Assembly: GCA_000146045.2 (NCBI GenBank)
Contig: BK006949.2
Location: 352,001 to 416,000, forward strand
Reading direction: 5' to 3'
Length of the DNA: 64,000 bases
From: TPA_inf: Saccharomyces
Taxonomy: Eukaryota
Shown one piece after another: positions 55,540 to 64,000 of this stretch (positions are counted from its first letter, which is position 1; each line of letters begins with the position of its first letter). Position numbers and translations under genes: made by a program. A model generated the notes under the pieces. That model was not told the origin of the DNA, did not search any database, and saw only the letters and a list, made by a program, of their open reading frames with translations.

Positions 55540-56009
55540 TCTACCTCGTTTGGTATATTTATCGAAGTTATCACATTCCTATATATTGTATCCTTTACAT
55601 AAGAATTGCGTATAGATAGATACTATAACAATTTACATGATATTATTTGATTAAGGTGCATATTACCATCTTCTCAGCAGGTATTCAAACATATCTGCCA
55701 ATGTATGACCTTGACATATGTGAAGAGATTACTGTGGAGAAGAATAGATGTAGCATTGTGCGCACTTATTAAATCTACTACTTAAAAAAATGTGTGAAGT
55801 ATAAAGTGAATCTAAGAATATTTGTAGTATTTAAAACATCAATGTCTGTACAAGAAGAGATATATAACCTGAGCATCCTTTTTCAGATAGTGCACTTCAT
55901 CGTTATCAAACTGAACTCATAAGGCGCCATTTTTTTAATTTTTTGCCTTTCCGTATTGTTTTTCTTTTCCTTTCCTTTTCTTTCATTCTTGTCGCAGTTA
56001 CTGTTGTGA

Positions 56010-56744
56010 TTACTTCAATTTAGAAAGCAATTGTTCAATTTCAGATATAGACTGTTGCAAAACTTTCTCTTGGAATTTTGGATTACCCAATTCTGACTGA
56101 ACTCTGGAGATGACAGATTTTGCTAGTTGCCTTTGTTCCAATTGACGCAAGGAAGCTTCATATCTAACCCACGAATCTAAGACTGCCTTTGCTTCGTGAG
56201 CTAATTCTACCTTTTGTTTCAATTCAAAGGCTTCGCTTTCAAGTTCAACAGTTTCCTTGGAAACATCAAACAAAACCTTTGTAGTTTCAGCAACATTTTG
56301 TAGTTGAGAGACAGAGTCGATTCTATCTTTAACAGCTTCGACATGCTTGTTTCTCGAGGCATTTAAAACGTCGGAGACTTTCTTCATTCTTGCATCGGCA
56401 AAATCTTTATATGCTGGCGCCAAATACTTTGCCACTAAACCAGTGAAACCCAAAAAAGTCAGCAATAAAATACTTTCATCGTTGATAACGTACAATTCAT
56501 TGGAAATGGCATAAATGACAGCGGCAGCAGAAGTCCCCAAAACCCCCGTCTTTGTCAAAATATTATTACCTGGAATGGCATTGATGATAGAGTTAGCCTT
56601 TGCTTTTGGATCTGTCTGTTTTTCTGGAGTGGAAGACATATAACGGGCTCCAATCACCATCGAAGGACAACGAACACCTTGGCTAAATAATGTTTTAGAA
56701 ACGGACCTTAACGCTAGGCCACGGACACCCATACTCATGCTCAT
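56010..56744 (-). CDS. ATP4: F1Fo ATP synthase peripheral-stalk subunit b (244 aa) with mitochondrial presequence
   Basis: ORF from ATG 56744 (MSMSMGVRGLALRSVSKTLFSQGVRCPSMVIGARYMSST...). Amphipathic presequence, membrane anchor and a long coiled-coil. Length matches YPL078C. Confidence 0.93.
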   Translation of the reverse strand: MSMSMGVRGLALRSVSKTLFSQGVRCPSMVIGARYMSSTPEKQTDPKAKANSIINAIPGNNILTKTGVLGTSAAAVIYAISNELYVINDESILLLTFLGFTGLVAKYLAPAYKDFADARMKKVSDVLNASRNKHVEAVKDRIDSVSQLQNVAETTKVLFDVSKETVELESEAFELKQKVELAHEAKAVLDSWVRYEASLRQLEQRQLAKSVISRVQSELGNPKFQEKVLQQSISEIEQLLSKLK

Positions 56745-57367
56745 TTTATCTCTTGCGCACTTAGGAGGTACTGAATTCTCGTCAGTCTTTTAATAAAATA
56801 TAACCCTTCCTAGCACAGTATAAACTTGTCAACATAAACTGCTAACTGCAATTATAATCCCTTGCTATTTTAATTACCCAAACCTGTGGTGAAGGTCCGA
56901 ATGAGCGGTGAAGAGAAAAAGCGTCGTGATTGGTTCAATATTGATGTCGATTACCCGGCCAATGAGGCTCGCTCGATGGGACACCTCTATGATAATAGTT
57001 GTCGCCACAGCCATTCTGAATTATATTTATCTTTTATCTACGTATGTGCCATTGTCACAGCACATTTCTAATTCTGTGTGAGGAACTAATTTAGCCATGG
57101 ACAGTTTCTCATGCGTGGAAGACCTGTTATGCTGTATAGTACTGCGCCGCGTTAAAAAATATTCATGCTTGTAGAGTAGAATATTCCTATCTTTACCGGA
57201 CCGTATTTCATCTGGGAGTTGCAGTTGCGTCACAACACAGTTTATGGCTATTTTATTTTGAAAATTAAGCATATATGACATAATTAGAGCACTCCTATGT
57301 GGGAATTCTTACACTTTTAATGTAGAATCTCTTGGTGATTGTTACTATCAGTTGTGTTTTGGCCCTA

Positions 57368-58090
57368 CTATTGTAATTCCCTTATAGTGTTCACCAGCTC
57401 TTGAATGTACTTTCCTTCTTCAGGATCAACGGTTGGTCCATTTGGATTTCTAATTGCGCTGCTACTATGCATGTTGTTGCTTGTAGCTTCATCTCCGACG
57501 GATTTTCCTGTTGGTGATGGCGTTCTAGTCATCATGGCAGCAGCGGTTGCGACCGCCACTTCACGACGTTGTTCCTCTTCTATTTTAGCATTGCGGTCCC
57601 TCAAGACTTGAAGTAGTTTACTATGTGCTTGCCTTAATTGCATCAGTTTGTTCTCGAACCCTGGAGGAAACTGATCATACAATTCTGTTGCCTGCGCCTG
57701 TCTTTTAACGTCATCTAGGGCATCTATTTCTCTCCACAAATAGTCTTGTCTGTCGATTATAGGCCGTACTTCCAGTCTGTTATGTGTCTGTAGCGGTATA
57801 TCTACGCTATTTCTCCGGAATTTGGCAACTCCGTTATAGCTAACACTATCGGTATCTATTGTGTCATTACCAACTGTGTTAGCACTTGAACGGTTATAAT
57901 AGTTATTGAATAGACTCCTTGTCGAAGGAATTTGGGAAGAATAAGATGGCCTAAATCCTGAATTTCTAATATAGGGATTTACATTTGGTATTGTCCTGGG
58001 AAGGTCATGGATGCTGTCCTCCCCATACCGTTCATCGTCTTCATTCGTGATTTGCCTTCGTACTGAGCTTTTTTTCTGGAGATCTTTCAT
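57368..58090 (-). CDS. YPL077C: uncharacterised 240-aa protein (YPL077C-like)
   Basis: The track ORF begins 17 codons upstream at a non-ATG codon; the first ATG at 58090-58088 gives MKDLQKKSSVRRQITNEDDERYG... No recognised domain. Length 240 aa and position match YPL077C. Confidence 0.65.
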   Translation of the reverse strand: MKDLQKKSSVRRQITNEDDERYGEDSIHDLPRTIPNVNPYIRNSGFRPSYSSQIPSTRSLFNNYYNRSSANTVGNDTIDTDSVSYNGVAKFRRNSVDIPLQTHNRLEVRPIIDRQDYLWREIDALDDVKRQAQATELYDQFPPGFENKLMQLRQAHSKLLQVLRDRNAKIEEEQRREVAVATAAAMMTRTPSPTGKSVGDEATSNNMHSSSAIRNPNGPTVDPEEGKYIQELVNTIRELQ

Positions 58091-58442
58091 GAAGATAGTG
58101 AATTGTAAATTTTTGGTTAGGTTTTTCAAAAACAATGTCAATTACATGTCAGCGAAGGCCAGGTAGTAGGTGTCCGTGGCTATTGATTATCTTGATATCC
58201 GAACTTGAGACCACTTCGCGGCTACTAAATTTATGAACTAAAAATGAAAATTTCAACTTTCCATTACCTCTTCGCTTTAAACCAATTTAAAGGTACAATC
58301 ACACTTTAAGTATTGTTGTTAGACGGTGGTGAATATAATCAGAGGCATCCAAACTTTCTGTTGCAGGTCCATTATCCTCTCAATTTTCGTATGACCTTAA
58401 AGAGACTTCATAGTTTATATTTGGTTATTTTCAATAGGTACA

Positions 58443-59285
58443 ATGACAAGATCTCCCTGGAAGCGCCTACTATGGTTGAAACAGGAGTACCCAGATAATT
58501 ATACAGATCCAAGTTTTATTGAGTTGAGAGCAAGACAAAAGGCTGAGAGTAACCAGAAGTCTGATAGAAAATTATCAGAAGCTGCTCGCGCTCAAATTAG
58601 GTTGGATTTTATAAGTTTCTACCAAACCATATTGAACACTTCTTTCATTTACATCACTTTTACATATATTTACTATTATGGCTTCGATCCTATTCCGCCA
58701 ACTATTTTCCTTTCATTTATAACATTGATTATATCAAGGACGAAAGTCGACCCTCTATTGTCCTCATTCATGGACGTAAAGTCTTCGCTGATTATCACAT
58801 TTGCAATGTTGACTCTCTCTCCAGTCCTCAAATCTCTTTCTAAAACAACTGCATCTGATTCCATATGGACATTGTCTTTTTGGCTGACCCTATGGTACAT
58901 TTTCGTTATTTCGTCAACAAAGTCCAAAGATAAACCCTCTAACCTTTCCACCAATATACTTGTCGCCCTTGTTGCTGTCCTATCATCGAGGCTTTCGACC
59001 ACAATCGACGTATTCTGTTTTCTTTTAATTTGTATTCAGTTGAATATCATTCTACCCACTTATTTATCGGTGACGAATAAGGTAGTACCAATAATTTCAA
59101 ATATTATTGTATACTCATTTTTGAATGTTGCTCTAGGTTGGATTTATATGCTGTTGATTTTCTTTGCTTCAGTATTTTATATTACTGTTTTACCTAAGTG
59201 GTTCATCTACTGGAAAATCAATTATCATAAACGGGATAACGATCTACTAAGTACATGGGATGCAAGAACACCAATATTGGATTAG
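58443..59285 (+). CDS. GPI2: GPI-GlcNAc transferase subunit (280 aa), PIG-C homologue
   Basis: ORF from ATG 58443 (MTRSPWKRLLWLKQEYPDNYTDPSFIE...). Multi-pass membrane protein. Length matches YPL076W. Confidence 0.9.
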   Translation: MTRSPWKRLLWLKQEYPDNYTDPSFIELRARQKAESNQKSDRKLSEAARAQIRLDFISFYQTILNTSFIYITFTYIYYYGFDPIPPTIFLSFITLIISRTKVDPLLSSFMDVKSSLIITFAMLTLSPVLKSLSKTTASDSIWTLSFWLTLWYIFVISSTKSKDKPSNLSTNILVALVAVLSSRLSTTIDVFCFLLICIQLNIILPTYLSVTNKVVPIISNIIVYSFLNVALGWIYMLLIFFASVFYITVLPKWFIYWKINYHKRDNDLLSTWDARTPILD

Positions 59286-60253
59286 CGCAATCAAGAACAT
59301 GATTTCCTTCGGATAAGCAAGGGAGGGGTACGACTTCTGCCCGCAGGGGCTTATTGCCTGTCCTCTTCCTCGACCCCACGGTATTTCATTATATATAGAG
59401 TCACTGTAATAATAATTATCATGAAACCTGACAAGCAAAGGCGTCGGGCAATTACCAAAGGGCAGTTCGGTCGATTAAGTTTGCTTCACTACAGATTATT
59501 CACATATCATACGACAACTTTAAAATTGAACATTCAGGAGATTTTTGAATGCATTGATGGGCCCTTGCACCTTAACCGGGTCCCAATATTAGAGAAACGC
59601 CCCCTTAAACTGAACACAAGACAATACTACCTGGCCAATAGGGTACAATTTGCGGCCGTGTTAAACAGGCGTTTCAGCGTCTACCGCTCCTAATTTAAAG
59701 TCACTTGTTTCTTGGTAGCAGCAGCTTCCTGTTTTCTTCTTTTTGGCACTTGGTTATGTGATAATATCACCCGGATGAGAAACCTTTAAAATAAGCGTTT
59801 GGGAGGGGAAAAAGTGCAGTAACTGTCACAAATTTAACAAACAATTTGTTCACAAGTTTTGCCTTATCGTTCATCACATGTTATTTTTTTCAATCTAGCC
59901 AAAGTATCTAAAGAAGAATTTTCGTCTCTCTTGTGCCTTCTCATAATGTTCAATTAAGATGCAGACGGCTTTGACATGTCATTAATTTACTGAATTTCTG
60001 ACACTTCCCCACGATATTTATCATTTTTTACGTAATTAAGATTTAAACTCCGTACACCCGGCTTCCACAAATGTAGAATTTTCCGGAGCTTCGAACTTCT
60101 TGTTTCACGAATTAAAAGCATCCAACGTAGAACCACCCAACTCATCTTCCTAATGCTGAAGCTTCATCGGTAAACAAACCACAGTTAATAGCGAGAAAGT
60201 CGGCAAGTGACAAACGACGGTTATATTTAATTGGCCTTTGATATATATTGAAA

Positions 60254-60261
60254 ATGGTATG
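60254..60261 (+). CDS. GCR1: GCR1 exon 1 (ATGGTATG; encodes Met-Val plus the first two nt of a Cys codon)
   Basis: ATGGTATG is followed by 5'SS GTATGA at 60262. Joining to exon 2 gives [25 protein letters not shown]..., the known Gcr1 N-terminus. Confidence 0.85.
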
Positions 60262-61012
60262 GTATGATCATAACACGCATTCTGAAAATGTTATCTGGGA
60301 GGTTTTCGATGGGTATGGAGTTTTCCTTGATTCTCACTTATTATCCCTTGTATTGTAATTGATCCTTCAGTAATATTTGCAGCCTTTCACAACTATCCTT
60401 TTTTTCATTGCTTATTACTATTGAACCTTTTTTAGGAGTTGCCTGCTTATGCAATATAATTTGCTGACAAGTAGTAAATTACCAGCACAATATTAAGATT
60501 AAAAAAGAAATTAGCCAAGAGCTTGATATATTATCTTATACACAAACCTTTCCGACCTACTTGATAAAGCCACATACCTCTACCTCTTCTATTAGAAATA
60601 GAAAAGTACAAAAATAGCAAAAGGAAATAATTTCTTTAAAATAACATTGTGTGAGGTTCCAACTATGGATTATTAATAGAGTAACGCAAACTTAAGGAAA
60701 GGAAGTGCTTTACAATTAAGTATTTATAAGAACGAATTTATCCCCCAAAAAAAAGCACCTATACTTAATAAAAGGAGGGGAATAGCTATCAATTGAGTGT
60801 TGTCTGCGTCTGTCTGCGTACAAGAGGATGAATTTTCTGACTCAGGCTATGTCAGAAACTTTTCAAGGGACAAATAACAGGATAAAACGTAATGTCAGGA
60901 CACAAAGTGTGCCATCAACTTCCTATAATAATGGCAAAGAATCATATGGACCAAATACTAACCAATTAAATGCCCTACTTTCTCAATTGGAACAGCAAAC
61001 AAGTGTTGATAG
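60262..61012 (+). other. GCR1: spliceosomal intron of GCR1 (751 nt, unusually long for yeast)
   Basis: 5'SS GUAUGA; branch point TACTAAC at 60956-60962, about 50 nt upstream of the 3'SS; 3'SS GATAG ends at 61012. The 751-nt length agrees with the known GCR1 intron. Confidence 0.88.
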
Positions 61013-63362
61013 TACCAGCACGAGCTCAAACTTTTATTCCATTGCACAATATATTTTACAATCATACTTCAAGGTCAATGTAGATTCTCTAAACTCTCTG
61101 AAATTGGTGGATTTGATAGTGGACCAAACTTACCCTGATTCTTTGACGCTGCGAAAGCTGAATGAAGGAGCAACGGGACAACCATACGATTATTTCAATA
61201 CAGTTTCTCGTGATGCTGATATCTCCAAGTGTCCAATTTTTGCGTTGACCATATTTTTTGTTATACGATGGAGCCACCCAAACCCTCCAATTTCAATTGA
61301 GAATTTTACTACAGTACCGTTGCTAGATTCAAACTTTATTTCTCTAAATTCCAATCCTTTACTATATATTCAAAATCAAAACCCAAACAGCAATTCAAGT
61401 GTTAAAGTTTCAAGGTCACAAACGTTTGAACCTTCTAAAGAGTTGATCGATTTGGTATTTCCATGGCTGTCTTATTTGAAGCAGGATATGCTTCTTATTG
61501 ATAGGACGAATTACAAGCTTTATTCTCTCTGTGAACTATTTGAATTTATGGGCAGGGTTGCCATTCAGGATCTCCGATATCTGAGTCAACATCCCTTATT
61601 ACTACCCAATATCGTAACATTCATTTCAAAATTTATTCCTGAGTTATTCCAAAACGAAGAGTTTAAAGGAATCGGTTCAATTAAAAATTCAAACAATAAT
61701 GCCCTGAACAATGTTACAGGAATAGAAACCCAATTTTTAAATCCATCTACCGAGGAAGTGAGTCAAAAAGTTGATTCTTACTTTATGGAATTATCAAAAA
61801 AATTAACTACAGAAAATATCAGGTTAAGTCAAGAAATAACACAACTAAAAGCAGATATGAACTCCGTAGGCAATGTTTGTAACCAAATTTTGCTGTTGCA
61901 GAGACAATTGCTTTCAGGAAATCAGGCGATCGGATCAAAGTCCGAAAATATTGTGTCTTCCACAGGTGGGGGGATATTAATACTAGATAAAAATAGCATC
62001 AATTCGAACGTACTGAGTAATTTGGTTCAGTCGATAGATCCTAATCACTCCAAGCCCAACGGACAAGCCCAAACACATCAAAGGGGTCCGAAAGGACAAT
62101 CACATGCACAGGTTCAAAGTACTAATAGCCCTGCGCTAGCGCCAATTAACATGTTCCCGAGCTTAAGTAATTCTATACAGCCGATGCTTGGCACCTTGGC
62201 TCCGCAACCGCAAGATATAGTACAGAAGAGGAAGCTACCGTTACCAGGTTCAATAGCCTCTGCAGCAACAGGCAGTCCTTTTTCTCCATCACCCGTTGGT
62301 GAGTCTCCCTATAGCAAACGCTTTAAACTAGACGATAAACCAACTCCGTCTCAGACGGCTCTTGATTCCTTACTTACAAAATCCATTTCAAGCCCTAGAT
62401 TACCCCTTTCGACGTTGGCTAACACAGCTGTCACGGAATCTTTTCGCTCACCTCAGCAGTTTCAGCATTCTCCAGATTTTGTAGTTGGTGGTAGCTCAAG
62501 TTCAACAACGGAAAATAACTCTAAGAAGGTAAATGAAGATTCTCCATCATCTTCTTCAAAACTAGCTGAACGACCTCGTCTTCCAAACAACGACTCCACT
62601 ACTAGCATGCCTGAAAGTCCCACCGAGGTAGCTGGTGATGATGTTGATAGGGAGAAACCGCCAGAGTCAAGTAAGTCGGAGCCCAATGATAACAGCCCAG
62701 AATCGAAAGATCCTGAGAAAAATGGTAAAAACAGTAATCCGCTTGGTACGGATGCTGACAAACCAGTACCAATTTCTAATATTCATAATTCTACTGAGGC
62801 TGCAAATTCAAGTGGTACAGTGACAAAGACAGCTCCATCATTTCCGCAGAGTTCTTCTAAGTTTGAAATTATAAATAAAAAGGATACGAAGGCGGGGCCA
62901 AACGAGGCAATCAAATACAAGCTGTCCAGAGAAAATAAAACAATATGGGACCTATATGCGGAGTGGTATATTGGTCTGAACGGTAAATCTTCAATAAAAA
63001 AATTGATTGAAAATTATGGCTGGCGAAGGTGGAAGGTTAGCGAAGATTCACATTTTTTTCCTACTAGAAGAATTATTATGGATTATATTGAAACGGAATG
63101 TGATCGTGGCATAAAACTCGGCAGGTTTACTAATCCTCAACAACCGAGGGAGGATATACGGAAGATTTTAGTAGGGGACCTAGAAAAGTTCAGGATAAAT
63201 AACGGTCTGACTCTGAATTCTCTATCATTGTACTTTAGAAATTTAACGAAAAATAACAAGGAAATTTGTATTTTTGAAAACTTTAAAAATTGGAACGTTA
63301 GATCAATGACAGAAGAAGAGAAATTAAAGTATTGCAAAAGGCGACATAATACACCATCTTAA
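61013..63362 (+). CDS. GCR1: GCR1 exon 2; glycolytic-gene transcriptional activator, total 785 aa
   Basis: Exon 2 begins T ACC AGC ACG AGC (completing Cys, then TSTSS). It ends at a stop after ...[11 protein letters not shown]. 8 + 2350 nt gives 785 codons plus stop, matching YPL075W. Confidence 0.9.
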
Positions 63363-63752
63363 GTTTATTGAGGTTGTCCGCGACAATAGTTCCTTCAACA
63401 AAATAACGAAGCGACGATAACGAGAAATGTCATTAGGTTATTACTACCTTTATAGAAAATATATATACTTATTTAATATTTATATAGATTTATGTGTGTA
63501 CATACCTATGCGGATGTATGCCTATGTGGGAATTCCTAAATGTCTTTCCATCAACGACTAAATATATATTCTCATGACTGACTATATGGGTTACGAAAAC
63601 TTAATTTTTTTGTCAAAGACCCTGGCGAATTGAGAAAACCCGCTGGATAGATGGGCTATCCGAAATTTTGAAAGATGGAAAAAACATTAATCTCATTAGC
63701 AAAAGAGGTAAGACCCTGGGTGAAGAAAAGTCCGAGGAGGGAACACAAAAAA

Positions 63753-64000
63753 GTCTAGGATAATGGCACATGAAAAGTTTAGTATACCTGAGAACTTCAC
63801 ATTAGCGCAGTCTTTGCAATTGCTTTACTCTGTTGTCAAAAATCAATATAAAAACCTAGCAGACCTAATAATCAATAGCAAAGGTAATAAGGACACAGTA
63901 ACGTATGGGAAAATCCACAAAAACTTAGACACTTTACTGGTATACGTCAATGAAGGTCTACGAAAAATTGAAAAGACTTATACCTTAAAGAAAGGGTTAG
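63753..64000 (+). CDS. YTA6: N-terminal 83 codons of an ORF that runs off the window end; by synteny probably the AAA-ATPase YTA6 (YPL074W)
   Basis: ATG at 63753 opens a stop-free frame to the window end ([41 protein letters not shown]...). It lies about 390 nt downstream of the GCR1 stop. Identity is inferred from gene order, not from recognised domains. Confidence 0.5.

Noticed and set aside
59421-59693. 90-codon plus-strand ORF in the GPI2-GCR1 intergenic region
   Set aside because: It lies in the long GCR1 promoter/5' leader, has an R-rich low-complexity translation and no domain. It is most likely non-coding; it could at most be an upstream ORF on a long GCR1 leader, and I have no evidence for that.
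60799-60818. Direct repeat TGTCTGCG-TCTGTCTGCG just upstream of the intronic ATG in GCR1
   Set aside because: Too short (8-10 nt, 2 copies) to be significant on its own; noted only as local context for the intronic start codon.

Overview
This window is a gene-dense stretch of budding-yeast nuclear DNA. It matches Saccharomyces cerevisiae chromosome XVI left arm, YPL106C (SSE1, 3' part cut by the window start) through YPL075W (GCR1) and the first 83 codons of what is probably YPL074W (YTA6). The identification rests on recognising the translated ORFs and the gene order from memory, not on any database search. If my recalled GCR1 coordinates are right, the window is about chrXVI:352001-416000.

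Contents:
- Thirty-one protein-coding genes lie wholly or partly in the window (30 complete CDSs plus partial SSE1 and YTA6), on both strands, with short yeast-typical intergenic regions.
- Four genes have introns: RPS6A, RPS9A, RPL21B and GCR1. Each was placed by hand from splice signals, and the exon sums reproduce the known protein lengths.
- Two short dubious antisense ORFs are present (YPL102C, YPL080C).
- I found no tRNA, rRNA, Ty/LTR or CRISPR-like array, nor anything bacterial.

ORF-track caveat: the track calls TTG/GTG/CTG first codons as M. Eight ORFs (SYH1, FMP30, EEB1, SEC62, SSU1, GLR1, YPL088W, YPL077C and SEC16) therefore have artificial N-terminal extensions. I trimmed each to the first ATG that gives the known protein length.

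Honest assessment: this is an ordinary, well-annotated housekeeping region. I see no unexplained coding capacity and no evidence of an undescribed system. The findings below are modest curiosities only.
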